Shown here one piece after another: positions 43,406-52,678 of a stretch of DNA of 64,000 nucleotides (position 1 is the stretch's first letter; each line of letters opens with the position of its first letter). Below the pieces are notes generated by a model. It saw only the letters and a program-made list of their open reading frames with translations, was not told the DNA's origin and made no database searches. Source of the stretch: an uncultured Gemmatimonadales bacterium (GTDB taxonomy: Bacteria > Gemmatimonadota > Gemmatimonadetes > Gemmatimonadales > Gemmatimonadaceae); the NCBI GenBank assembly GCA_963707505.1, contig CAVPQB010000004.1, forward strand, positions 448,001 through 512,000. Reading direction: 5' to 3'. Both the position numbers and the translations under genes were made by a program.

Positions 43406-45246
43406 CGGCCACCGTCGCGCCAGTCGCGCAGAGCGCGGAGCGCATCGGCGCTCTCCTCGTGTCCGAAGGTCTCATCTCCCGCGAACAGCTCGCGCAGGCG
43501 TTGCAGGAGCAGCGCACCAGCGGAGGACGCCTCGGCTACACGCTCGTCAAGCTTGGGATGGTCGAGGAGCTGACGCTCACCCGTCTGCTCGCGCGCCAGT
43601 ACAAGATCCCAGCCGTCGACCTTACCAAATCCGACATCGATCCCGCGCTCGTTCGGCTCGTGCCCGCCGAAATCGCAATTCAGCATCTGGTGCTTCCGCT
43701 CAAGCGCGAAGGCCGCGTGCTGTACGTCGCGATGGCGGACCCGACGAACATTCGCGTCATCGACGATCTGAAGTTCCGCACGCGGTCTGACATATATCCG
43801 GTGATCGCCGGCGAGTACACTCTGCGCACGATGATCGAGCGAGTGTATCCGGAAGAATCGATGACCGACATCGGAATGGAGCGTCTTCTCGATGACATCG
43901 ACCTCGGCGATGACGACGTCGAGATGGTCGAGGAAGAGCAGGAGGAGATGACCGCCGCGGCGCTCACCGTCGCAGTCAACGAAGCGCCAGTCGTCAAGCT
44001 CATCAATGCGATTCTCACCGACGCACTGCACAAGGGCGCGTCGGACGTTCACTTCGAGTGCTTCGAGAAGGAGTTGCGCGTTCGCTATCGCGTCGACGGC
44101 GTGCTTCGCGAAGTGATGAAACCGCCGTTCAAGATGCGCGCGGCCCTCATCTCGCGCTTCAAGATCATGGCCGGCCTGAACATCGCCGAGCGACGCGTAC
44201 CGCAGGATGGACGCATCAAGCTCAAGATTGGCCGCAAGGTCATCGATTTCCGCGTCTCGACGCTTCCCACGTTGTTCGGCGAAAAGGTCGTACTGCGTAT
44301 TCTCGACAAGGGAAATCTCACCCTCGATCTCGAGACGTTCGGTATCGAGCCGCGCGCGGAGCGCGAGTTGATGGAAGCAGTTCAGAATCCATACGGCATG
44401 GTGCTGGTCACAGGGCCAACGGGTTCCGGAAAAACGACTACACTGTACTCCGCGCTGTCCAAGGTGAATACGGTCGATGTGAACATCATGACCGCCGAAG
44501 ATCCCGTCGAGTACAACCTTTACGGCATCAATCAGGTGCAGGTGCGCACCGAGATTGGAATGAGCTTCGCCGCGGCGCTGAAAGCGTTCCTGCGCCAGGA
44601 TCCGAACATCATCATGGTCGGTGAGGTTCGAGACCTGGAAACCGGCGGCATCGCGATCAAGGCAGCTCTCACGGGTCACCTCGTCATGAGCACCCTGCAC
44701 ACCAACTCCGCGCCTGAGACAGTTACGCGCTTGCTCGACATGGGACTCGAGCCATTCAACGTCGCGAGTGCACTCAATCTCATTCTTGCGCAGCGTCTCG
44801 TGCGCCGCATCTGTCCGAACTGCAAGACCCGCTACGTCCCCGACGACATCGAGCTGACCGGAGCCAAGGTCAAGGCGTCGACCACGCTTCGCGAGCTGCG
44901 ATTCACCGAGATGTCGCTCAACGATGCTCGCTCGCGGGCGACGCCGGAAGCAGCGCCGCATCTGAACGGTCTTTCGCTCTCCACCACCATTGGCGAGTTG
45001 CCCTTCTTCAAGGGAAAGGGCTGTGATGCGTGCGGAGGCACGGGACTCAAGGGGCGGCAGGGGCTCTATGAGGTCATGTTTGTGACCTCAGAGTTACGCA
45101 AGATCATAATGAAGAACGGCGACGCCGACGACATCAAGGACGCAGCTATCGGCCAGGGAATGTTGACCCTGAGAATGGACGGATGGCTCAAGGTCCTGAA
45201 GGGAATCACGACACTTGATCAGGTAATACGCGAAACCGCTGCGTGA
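43402..45246 (+). CDS. pilB: Type IV pilus assembly ATPase
   Basis: MshEN-like RIGALLVSEGLISREQLAQAL, ASDVHFE, ERRVPQDGR, GPTGSGKTT, LRQDP, CPNC...CDAC zinc site. Confidence 0.95.
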   Translation: MTATVAPVAQSAERIGALLVSEGLISREQLAQALQEQRTSGGRLGYTLVKLGMVEELTLTRLLARQYKIPAVDLTKSDIDPALVRLVPAEIAIQHLVLPLKREGRVLYVAMADPTNIRVIDDLKFRTRSDIYPVIAGEYTLRTMIERVYPEESMTDIGMERLLDDIDLGDDDVEMVEEEQEEMTAAALTVAVNEAPVVKLINAILTDALHKGASDVHFECFEKELRVRYRVDGVLREVMKPPFKMRAALISRFKIMAGLNIAERRVPQDGRIKLKIGRKVIDFRVSTLPTLFGEKVVLRILDKGNLTLDLETFGIEPRAERELMEAVQNPYGMVLVTGPTGSGKTTTLYSALSKVNTVDVNIMTAEDPVEYNLYGINQVQVRTEIGMSFAAALKAFLRQDPNIIMVGEVRDLETGGIAIKAALTGHLVMSTLHTNSAPETVTRLLDMGLEPFNVASALNLILAQRLVRRICPNCKTRYVPDDIELTGAKVKASTTLRELRFTEMSLNDARSRATPEAAPHLNGLSLSTTIGELPFFKGKGCDACGGTGLKGRQGLYEVMFVTSELRKIIMKNGDADDIKDAAIGQGMLTLRMDGWLKVLKGITTLDQVIRETAA

Positions 45247-45325
45247 CCACGCATCGGTTTTCGCAGTCGTATAGGAAGGACATTTCAGGCTCCGCCAGGG
45301 GTCGCGCACTCAAACGCAAGAGCAC

Positions 45326-46597
45326 ATGACTGCACCAGCCTCGTCATTCAGACCACCAGCTCCCGAGCCGCCCGGCGGCCCGCACGCCGCGCGGTCGATA
45401 GAGCAGCCTCTGGCAGGCCCGGGTACGCCACAGCCGAATGCGTCGCGTGCGCCGGAGCTGAGCCTTCGCGGCCTGCTCGAGGAGATGATCGAGCGAGGTG
45501 CGTCGGATCTGCACGTCGTGTGCAACACGCGTCCCAAGTTGCGCATCAATGGTGACATCACGGATTCGCGCTTTCCGCTGCCGCTCACGCCCAAGGAGAC
45601 GCTGCAGCTCGCGTACTCCGTTCTTACGGACCAACAGAAAAAGCGGTTCGAGGTCGAGGACGAGCTCGACTTCTCGTTTGGCCTTGCGAACCTCGCTCGA
45701 TTCCGCGGAAACGTATTCAAGCAGCGCGGCTCGGTTTCGATCGTCTTCCGTCAGATCCCGTTCACCGTCCGCACGTTCGACGAGCTGAAGCTCCCTGCAG
45801 CGGTATCCAAGATGGCCGAGCGTCCGCGTGGCCTTGTGCTCGTTACCGGTCCGACAGGCTCCGGAAAATCGACGACACTCGCTGCGATGATCGACCGAAT
45901 CAATCGCGAGCGTCGCGGTCACATCATAACAGTCGAAGATCCGATCGAGTTCATCCACCGTCACCAGGGTTGCATCGTCAACCAGCGTGAGGTTGGGACC
46001 GACACGAAGTCATTCGCTACGGCTCTCAAGTATGCGTTGCGCGAAGATCCCGACGTGATTCTCATCGGTGAGATGCGCGATCTGGAGACGATCCAGGCCG
46101 CGCTGACGATCGCCGAGACAGGTCACCTCGCGTTCGCAACGCTGCACACCAATTCAGCCGCGGAAGCAATCAACCGCATCATCGACGTCTTCCCAAGCCA
46201 TCAGCAGCCACAGGTACGTGCGCAGCTCGCATTCGTGCTGGAGGGAATCGTCAGCCAGACTCTCGTCCAGACCGTGGGTGGCAAGGCTCGCGCGATGGCC
46301 GCCGAGGTTCTGGTGATGAACCAGGCCGTCCGCGCGCTCATTCGTGACGACAAGATCCACCAGATATACTCGACCATGCAGTCCGGAAAGAAATACGGAA
46401 TGCAGACGCTCAACGATTCGCTGTACGCGCTCTACATGGCACGTGAAGTATCCGCGGAGGAGTGTCTGCGCGTGAGCGGAGACCCTGCGGAATTCATGCG
46501 CATGACCGGAGTGAACGCCGACGGTGAGCCAAGCAAGGATGGACCGGTACGGGGCACGGCACAGACGCCGTACTCCACAAGTGGAGGCAGGAGGTAA
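45326..46597 (+). CDS. pilT: Type IV pilus retraction ATPase
   Basis: ASDLH, GPTGSGKSTT, EDPIEF, LREDPDVILIGEMRD, AETGHL, AVRALIRD (AIRNLIRE-type motif), GMQT. Confidence 0.96.
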   Translation: MTAPASSFRPPAPEPPGGPHAARSIEQPLAGPGTPQPNASRAPELSLRGLLEEMIERGASDLHVVCNTRPKLRINGDITDSRFPLPLTPKETLQLAYSVLTDQQKKRFEVEDELDFSFGLANLARFRGNVFKQRGSVSIVFRQIPFTVRTFDELKLPAAVSKMAERPRGLVLVTGPTGSGKSTTLAAMIDRINRERRGHIITVEDPIEFIHRHQGCIVNQREVGTDTKSFATALKYALREDPDVILIGEMRDLETIQAALTIAETGHLAFATLHTNSAAEAINRIIDVFPSHQQPQVRAQLAFVLEGIVSQTLVQTVGGKARAMAAEVLVMNQAVRALIRDDKIHQIYSTMQSGKKYGMQTLNDSLYALYMAREVSAEECLRVSGDPAEFMRMTGVNADGEPSKDGPVRGTAQTPYSTSGGRR

Positions 46598-46600
46598 CAG

Positions 46601-47797
46601 ATGCCAACGTTCGCGTACACCGCCCGCGCTGCGAGCGGCGAGCTCAAGTCAGCGACCATCGACGCAGCGTCCAAGGATGACGTCATCGCTCAATTGCGGC
46701 GTCAGCGCTTGACACTCGTCAAGATCGAGGACGAGTCAAAGAAGAAGCCCAAGCGTCTCGGGCGCATAAAGACGCGTGATATCGTCATATTCACGCGCCA
46801 GTTCTCGACGATGATCAACTCCGGCCTTCCGCTGGTGCAGGCGCTCGACATTCTATCCAAGCAGACCGACAACAAGGCGCTGGCCTCGGTGACGCGCGAG
46901 GTGGTGTTCGATGTGGAGAGCGGGCACACACTTGCCGATGCGTTGCGCAAGCATCCCAAGGCGTTCACCGAGCTGTACGTGAACATGGTGGCCGCGGGTG
47001 AGGCGGGCGGTATTCTCGATACGATCCTCATGCGTCTCGCAACGTTCATGGAAAAGAACGACGCACTGATTCGCAAGGTGAAGGGCGCGATGATTTATCC
47101 AGGCGTCATCATGTCGGTCGCGTTCATCGCCGTTACTACGCTGCTTCTCTTTGTCATTCCGGTCTTCCAGAAGATGTTCGGATCGGTGGGTCTCGCGCTG
47201 CCGATGCCGACGCGCATAGTGATCGGCGCATCGAATCTGCTCAAGAGCTACTGGTGGCTGATGGGCGGGGTGGGAGCAGGCGTCGTGATGTTTCTCGCGA
47301 AATACTACCGCACGCCTGACGGCAAGCTGCGGATCGATCGCATGCTTCTGCGAGTTCCGATCCTCGGCGACGTGCTAAGAAAGAGCGCGGTCTCTCGCTT
47401 CACGCGCACACTCGGTACCTTGATCAGCTCCGGCGTGAGTATTCTTGACGGTCTCGAGATCACGGCCAAGACCGCTGGTAACCGCGTGATTCAGGACGCC
47501 ATCATGGCCAGCCGCGCAAGCATCGCGGGCGGTGACACGATCGCGCAGCCGCTCGCCAAGAGCAAGGTATTCCCGCCAATGGTCATCTCGATGATCTCCG
47601 TTGGTGAGCAGACCGGTGGACTGGACGAGATGCTATCGAAGATCGCCGACTTCTACGATGAAGAAGTGGATGCGGCGGTTACGGGATTACTTGCGGCGTT
47701 GGAGCCGTTGATGATCGTGTTTTTGGGTGTGGTGGTTGGCGGCATGGTCGTCGCCATGTACCTGCCGATCTTCGACATGATCAACGCCGTGCAGTAG
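46601..47797 (+). CDS. pilC: Type IV pilus inner-membrane platform protein
   Basis: MPTFAY, FTRQFSTMINSGLPL, AGEAGGILD, GEQTGGLDEML, AMYLPIF. Confidence 0.95.
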   Translation: MPTFAYTARAASGELKSATIDAASKDDVIAQLRRQRLTLVKIEDESKKKPKRLGRIKTRDIVIFTRQFSTMINSGLPLVQALDILSKQTDNKALASVTREVVFDVESGHTLADALRKHPKAFTELYVNMVAAGEAGGILDTILMRLATFMEKNDALIRKVKGAMIYPGVIMSVAFIAVTTLLLFVIPVFQKMFGSVGLALPMPTRIVIGASNLLKSYWWLMGGVGAGVVMFLAKYYRTPDGKLRIDRMLLRVPILGDVLRKSAVSRFTRTLGTLISSGVSILDGLEITAKTAGNRVIQDAIMASRASIAGGDTIAQPLAKSKVFPPMVISMISVGEQTGGLDEMLSKIADFYDEEVDAAVTGLLAALEPLMIVFLGVVVGGMVVAMYLPIFDMINAVQ

Positions 47798-47824
47798 AGG
47801 CGCTGGTTGGCGTTCAGTAGCAAC

Positions 47825-47853
47825 GAAGGGCGACTGTTACGCAGTCGCCCTTC
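47825..47853. terminator. Rho-independent terminator hairpin
   Basis: GAAGGGCGACTG-ttacg-CAGTCGCCCTTC between convergent genes. Confidence 0.8.
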
Positions 47854-47879
47854 TTCCATCTTGGGTTCAGGACCCCGAT

Positions 47880-49685
47880 TCAGAATCCCGGCGGCCGCTC
47901 TCCCACAACCCTCAGCGAACGCTCGAGCGCCAATCCGGCGCGCGCAATCGTTCCCTCATCGAATAAGCGCCCGATGAGCGTAACTCCGTGCGGAACGCGG
48001 CGCGGCGGCGAGAACTTTGGGAGTGGGTGCGCTGGGTCGGGCGCCCAGTCGCTGCGTGCTTCCGATACATGTACGAATCCGGTGCGTAACGTGAGCGACG
48101 GATGTCCGGTGTTGTTGGATATCACGAGCATCTCGTCACGCAGCGACGGAACCAGCAGCAGATCCACTTGCGACATGAGCCGTGCCATCTCGGCTGCAAC
48201 CTTGCGCCGCAGTCTGTCAGCCTGAACGAAATCGACAGCGGATAGAAAGCGTGCTTCGCGAAATTGATTGGGCCACGCGTCAGGCACCTGCGCCTTCAGC
48301 TCGTCATCGCGATTGCTCAGGGTGAGCTCCTCGAATGCAGCGGCGGCCTCGGCAAACAACATGAGGTTCAGCGAATCATAAGGCCAGTCGGGAAGCGTAA
48401 CCGGCGTCGGTATCATGCCGAGCTTTCCGATCGCGTCCAACGTTGCACGATCGACGTCGGTCGCGGGTGCTTCCTTCATCCACGCGGCGAAGTATCCCAC
48501 ACGCAGTCCTTTCACCGACGCGCCAGCATCGAAGTCGAGGTGGCTTGGCACGCTCGCAACGTCGCCGGCGTCGGGACCCGTGATTGCATCGAGCACGAGC
48601 ATCGCATCTTCCACACTTCGTGTCATCGGGCCAAGCTTGTCGAGCGACCAGCAGAGCGTCATCGCGCCGGTGCGTGGCACGCGACCATACGTCGGGCGCA
48701 ATCCTGTGATGCCGCAACGCATGCTGGGACTTATGATGCTCCCGCCGGTCTCGCTTCCAACGGAGAAGCCAACGAGACCAGCAGAGGTCGCTGCACCCGG
48801 TCCGGCGCTGGATCCGGATGCACCTTCTTCGGGCAGCCACGGGTTCATTGTCTGACCGCCGAACCAGATGTCGTTGAGCGCTAGCGCGCCCATGCTCAAC
48901 TTTGCGACGAGCACTCCGCCCGCCTGACGCAGCCGCGCAACGACCGCGGAATCAGCGGTCGGTACGCGATTCCGAAACGGCTCGGCGCCATACGTTGTCG
49001 CGATTCCTGCGGTGTCGAGCAGATCCTTCACGCCATACGGAATGCCGTGCAGCGGTCCGCGATACTTGCCAGCTGCTATCTCGGCATCCGCCTGTTTCGC
49101 CTGCGCAAGCGCCGTATCCCGCGTCAACGTGATGACGCAGCGTAGCTGCGGATTGAAGCGCGTGAGCCTGTCGAGATAAATACGCGTCAACCGATCGGAG
49201 GTGAGCTTGCGCGTCTCGATCCAGCGAGACAGCTGCGTCACGGGCGCGAAGGCGATGTCTTCGTCGCTCGCTGGCAATGGGCCTGCATCTCCGTTGCTGC
49301 GCACGAACCTGTCGCGGGTTGGTCCGGTCGATTGCCCTCCGATGTCCGCATTCCAGACGGTTGCAGGCGCGAGAGTGGGCTCCAACTGTACCTTCCGCGG
49401 TCCCACTCGCCGCTCGACCAGTGCGGCCATCGACGTACGCCAACTCTTCGCGGCCATCTGCCGTTCTGCGTCAGTCATCGACACCTGCACCAACTTCTCC
49501 GCCTCGGCGAAGGTGGCCGGCGACACTTCAGGTCCAACGGGTGGTGCAGTGTTGAAAGCGGGCGGCGCTCCCGGCGTGGCGACGGCGGGATGTGTGCCCG
49601 CTGCCTGTTCGTCGCTACGGCAGGCGACGAGTGCACCGAGGATACCGATTGGAGCCTGGATCAGAAACTGGCGACGGGAATTCAC
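47880..49685 (-). CDS. Amidase-signature family protein, predicted Tat lipoprotein
   Basis: SRRQFL twin-arginine motif plus LVAC lipobox; GPLHGIPYGVKD, GASGSSAG, GSETGGSI (Ser-cisSer-Lys triad). Confidence 0.9.
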   Translation of the reverse strand: MNSRRQFLIQAPIGILGALVACRSDEQAAGTHPAVATPGAPPAFNTAPPVGPEVSPATFAEAEKLVQVSMTDAERQMAAKSWRTSMAALVERRVGPRKVQLEPTLAPATVWNADIGGQSTGPTRDRFVRSNGDAGPLPASDEDIAFAPVTQLSRWIETRKLTSDRLTRIYLDRLTRFNPQLRCVITLTRDTALAQAKQADAEIAAGKYRGPLHGIPYGVKDLLDTAGIATTYGAEPFRNRVPTADSAVVARLRQAGGVLVAKLSMGALALNDIWFGGQTMNPWLPEEGASGSSAGPGAATSAGLVGFSVGSETGGSIISPSMRCGITGLRPTYGRVPRTGAMTLCWSLDKLGPMTRSVEDAMLVLDAITGPDAGDVASVPSHLDFDAGASVKGLRVGYFAAWMKEAPATDVDRATLDAIGKLGMIPTPVTLPDWPYDSLNLMLFAEAAAAFEELTLSNRDDELKAQVPDAWPNQFREARFLSAVDFVQADRLRRKVAAEMARLMSQVDLLLVPSLRDEMLVISNNTGHPSLTLRTGFVHVSEARSDWAPDPAHPLPKFSPPRRVPHGVTLIGRLFDEGTIARAGLALERSLRVVGERPPGF

Positions 49686-49895
49686 GAGAGACGGGTTGTG
49701 GTTGGCTATTGGAAAGGGCTCGAGCCGCACTGCGCGGCAGTCGGCTCGCCGCATTAATTAGCCTCTCGATGTCCCTCTCCGCTAGACGAGCGCACGGTGA
49801 ACGGTCGCGCGCCAACGGGATACGGCGTATCGCGTGCTGTGATGGGCGCTATTGCGTTCGGGCAGCGCGGTGTCAGGCCGATCGCGAGCGGGCGC

Positions 49896-50861
49896 TCATG
49901 GCGAGGCGGCGTTCCACACGCCGGTGATCGGTCGTGTGCTTGCGGGAAGCAGCGACGGCGTGAGATCGAAATCTTCCTCGACTGTTCGCAGCATGCTGTA
50001 GTGTGTGGCAGGGAAATCGGAACTCGCGCCGGCCTTTATCGGGCCGCCTACGAGGACTGTGAAAACTCGATTCGCGCTGCTTCCACGAAATCGGTCAGTC
50101 AGGGTGCTTGCCGACTCATCGAACGTGATTGCGATCACCGTCGACCGCATCGCGGCGGAATCCGCAAGGATGGGAGCAAGGAAGGTACGGAGCCACGTCA
50201 CTGCACTATCGATCGGTGCATCGTGACCATCATGAATCATGTTGGGAGTAATGAGCGTGTACGCGGCGAGCGAATCCTTGTTGAACCATCGCAGATTTCG
50301 AACATGGGCGCACATCTGGGGCCGAGTGTGAAATTCAGCGAAGCTGAGGAAAGGTACATGTTTGCGTGCGTAATTGCCTGAAGTGCGGCCGAAGTAACAG
50401 GACGTCGGCGCAGAACTCGTGTCGGGATAGTCTTCTGCAAACGCATCCCAGGTCAAGCCTTTCGACTCCAGTCTGTCCGCGATGGTTGGCGCATTGATCA
50501 GTAGCTGAGCATCGCCGAAATCGAGTGACCGGTACGCCTCTGGATCACGCGCGACGTTGGAGTCGGCGGTGGAGAATGTTCGGCCCGCGACGAGTGCGAG
50601 GTAATTCGGATATGACGGATGTGCGACGGCGAAGTACGCGCGCAGCGTCGCGCCGATCCGTCCGAGCGAGTCCATATATGGGATCCGCTCGATCGTCGCC
50701 GCATTCTCGTTCTCCAGAACGATCAGAACGAAGTGATCGAATGGATGCGGTGGAAATGCAGTGGCTGCATTGTCATTGACGATCGGTGCGCCCTTGCTGC
50801 AGCAGCACACCGTGACGACTGCACACGCGAGCACCGCGCGGGCCAGCAATCTGTCTGGCAA
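49896..50861 (-). CDS. Phosphoesterase / acid phosphatase (alkaline phosphatase superfamily), exported
   Basis: FDHFVLIVLEN, HPSYPNYLAL, YARKHVPF, DGHD, ITFDES, HYSMLRTVE. Confidence 0.88.
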   Translation of the reverse strand: MPDRLLARAVLACAVVTVCCCSKGAPIVNDNAATAFPPHPFDHFVLIVLENENAATIERIPYMDSLGRIGATLRAYFAVAHPSYPNYLALVAGRTFSTADSNVARDPEAYRSLDFGDAQLLINAPTIADRLESKGLTWDAFAEDYPDTSSAPTSCYFGRTSGNYARKHVPFLSFAEFHTRPQMCAHVRNLRWFNKDSLAAYTLITPNMIHDGHDAPIDSAVTWLRTFLAPILADSAAMRSTVIAITFDESASTLTDRFRGSSANRVFTVLVGGPIKAGASSDFPATHYSMLRTVEEDFDLTPSLLPASTRPITGVWNAASP

Positions 50862-50959
50862 TGTGATATTCTCGCTCTTGGAGGGATGTGAAGAAGGCCA
50901 GCAACATGTGTTGCTGGCCCTACCCTCACATCAATGCGCCATTGGCATGTGATGGCTCG

Positions 50960-51631
50960 TCACACCTTGCGGCGGCGACGGAAGAGAGGAACGATTCCAA
51001 TCAGGCCTGTGCCCAGCAGCGCCAGCGAGCTTGGCTCCGGTACTGTCGAAGCAGGTCCACGCGCGAAGCCATGTCCTGTGACGGCCACCGTGGATCCGGT
51101 AAGTCCTGTGGTTTGATCGTTGATCGACAAGTCGTCCACGCCGAAGCTTAGCGTGGTGCCATCCGCGAACGTAAAGTTGTGAGGCGTGTTGGAGAAGTCG
51201 ATAAAGACGTTTCCATGCGTGGCATTCGACAGATTACCGGTTATCATCGCGGTGTACAGGCTGTTGCCTACGACACCTGTGGGCTGCGTGAAGTTCACGA
51301 AGAGCGCGAAGTTCTGACCGGTGTAATCGTGGGTGCCATCGAGGAGCGTAAACGATCCGAGGTTGTTGAGGTTCGGCGTGGCTGGCGCCGTACCAATGGA
51401 CACCAGATTATCCGCCGGATTGCTGGTCACGTTGAATGTCGAGCCTGCGTACGACAACTTGCCTGTGTTGTTCAACAGCCCCGTGCAGTCGGTCGGTGCG
51501 GTTGCTGAAGTATAGAAGCAACCGAAGGTGTTGCCGGTAAACGTTATCTGCGCTCCTGCCGCACTACCGGCCATCAGGATTGCACCGCCGGCGATTGCTA
51601 CCGCTCTGACTCCTCTCCCAAGTTGCTTCAT
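50960..51631 (-). CDS. PEP-CTERM sorting-domain surface protein
   Basis: Signal peptide AAGA|QIT, Thr/Asn/Gly-rich body, C-terminal VPEPSSLALLGTGLIGIVPLFRRRRKV. Confidence 0.95.
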   Translation of the reverse strand: MKQLGRGVRAVAIAGGAILMAGSAAGAQITFTGNTFGCFYTSATAPTDCTGLLNNTGKLSYAGSTFNVTSNPADNLVSIGTAPATPNLNNLGSFTLLDGTHDYTGQNFALFVNFTQPTGVVGNSLYTAMITGNLSNATHGNVFIDFSNTPHNFTFADGTTLSFGVDDLSINDQTTGLTGSTVAVTGHGFARGPASTVPEPSSLALLGTGLIGIVPLFRRRRKV

Positions 51632-51739
51632 GATGTGCTTCTCCGAGCTGAAGTGTTGCGTCAGACCCATGTCAATGGAAGGTGCGAATCGCAGTGCATT
51701 CGACCGCGCCGACCACGCCCGACGATGCGCGTAGCGAAA

Positions 51740-51756
51740 AGCAGAGATCGTGCCGA
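51740..51756 (-). promoter_or_regulatory. Sigma-54 (-24/-12) promoter for the PEP-CTERM gene
   Basis: Minus strand TCGGCACGATCTCTGCT, GG-N10-GC with the GGCACG core, about 110 nt upstream of the ATG. Confidence 0.75.
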
Positions 51757-51808
51757 ACGCTAATTGCGGTCGCGAATGCCGAGCCGAAGCTGTACGCAGC
51801 ATGACATA

Positions 51809-52510
51809 TCATTGCGTGACAGTGATAGTTGCGACTGTCACCGTGTTGTTCTCACTCTTGTAGCTGATGGTTCCAGTGCCGGGCGCAACGCCTGTAATCG
51901 TGCCGCCGGACGCCGTAATGATCGACGGACTGTTGTTGAACTCCACGATTGGTCGACCGCCGCTCAGAACATGTCCCTGTGCATCCAGTAGCGTGACTAC
52001 AAGTGTTTCAGACGTTCCGACCTTTATTGTGCTGACGAGTGGCGACACTGTGATGGTATCGACGACAGGACGAGTCACAGTGACCGAAACCTGTCCGGTC
52101 TGACCTCCGCTTGCAGCCGTTATCGATGCAGTGCCCGGTCCTACTGCCGAGACAGCACCCGTACTGCTCACCTTCGCCACACTCTCCGCACTCGACGACC
52201 AGGTAACGGTCCGCCCGGATAGTACGTTGCCGCTCGCATCTTTCAACGTTGGCGCGATCACAACTGTGCCAAGCGTTGCGCTATCAACAACGCCAACGAG
52301 AAGATTCGCAGTGGCTGGACTTACGGATACCGACGCGACCGGCGCGGGATTTCCGCCGCCGCCGCCGTTGCCGGGGGCGGTCATGTCACTGCTGCCTCCA
52401 CATGCAACGGCAAAAACCAGGAGCGCGACCCACGCGCATTTCGTCAGTGTGCGCGAATCAGGCCGGGATGGTGCATCAGATGCTTGCATTGTGTAATCCG
52501 TGTGAGACAT
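51809..52510 (-). CDS. Lipoprotein with two bacterial Ig-like (Big_2) domains
   Basis: Lipobox AVAC, VASVSVSP, VTWSSSAESVAKVSSTGAVSAVGPGTASITA, and a second similar repeat. Confidence 0.85.
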   Translation of the reverse strand: MSHTDYTMQASDAPSRPDSRTLTKCAWVALLVFAVACGGSSDMTAPGNGGGGGNPAPVASVSVSPATANLLVGVVDSATLGTVVIAPTLKDASGNVLSGRTVTWSSSAESVAKVSSTGAVSAVGPGTASITAASGGQTGQVSVTVTRPVVDTITVSPLVSTIKVGTSETLVVTLLDAQGHVLSGGRPIVEFNNSPSIITASGGTITGVAPGTGTISYKSENNTVTVATITVTQ

Positions 52511-52544
52511 GAAATCGGTGGCACACTCGTACCGCCATACTCAT

Positions 52545-52587
52545 CGCAAGCGATCAGAGCGCGTCTACTCGCGCCTGATCGCTTGCG
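52545..52587. terminator. Long hairpin between the M14 peptidase and the Ig-domain gene
   Basis: CGCAAGCGATCAG(a)GCGCG-tctact-CGCGC CTGATCGCTTGCG, an 18-bp stem with one bulge. Confidence 0.65.
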
Positions 52588-52644
52588 GTGCTCACACTGG
52601 ATTGGCAAAAATCGGCCCATCGCGGTCCGGCGGCCGCTGAGCGT

Positions 52645-52673
52645 CCGGTCAGCGGCCGGTCAGCGGCCGGTCA
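52645..52673. repeat. 11-bp tandem repeat CCGGTCAGCGG (x2 plus partial) with an upstream inverted arm
   Basis: ccggtcagcgg ccggtcagcgg ccggtca; CGGCCGCTGA at 52631-52640 is complementary to TCAGCGGCCG. Confidence 0.7.
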
Positions 52674-52678
52674 CAGAT

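Noticed and set aside
43345..44961. 538-aa antisense ORF over pilB (similarly 11451-12989 over fabF, 3779-4996 over the RND permease, 14441-15613 over the oxidoreductase)
   Set aside because: Shadow ORFs expected from high-GC codon bias; no motifs or RBS.
52519..52535. TGGCAC as a sigma54 site
   Set aside because: No GC at -12, and it is oriented away from the nearest gene start.
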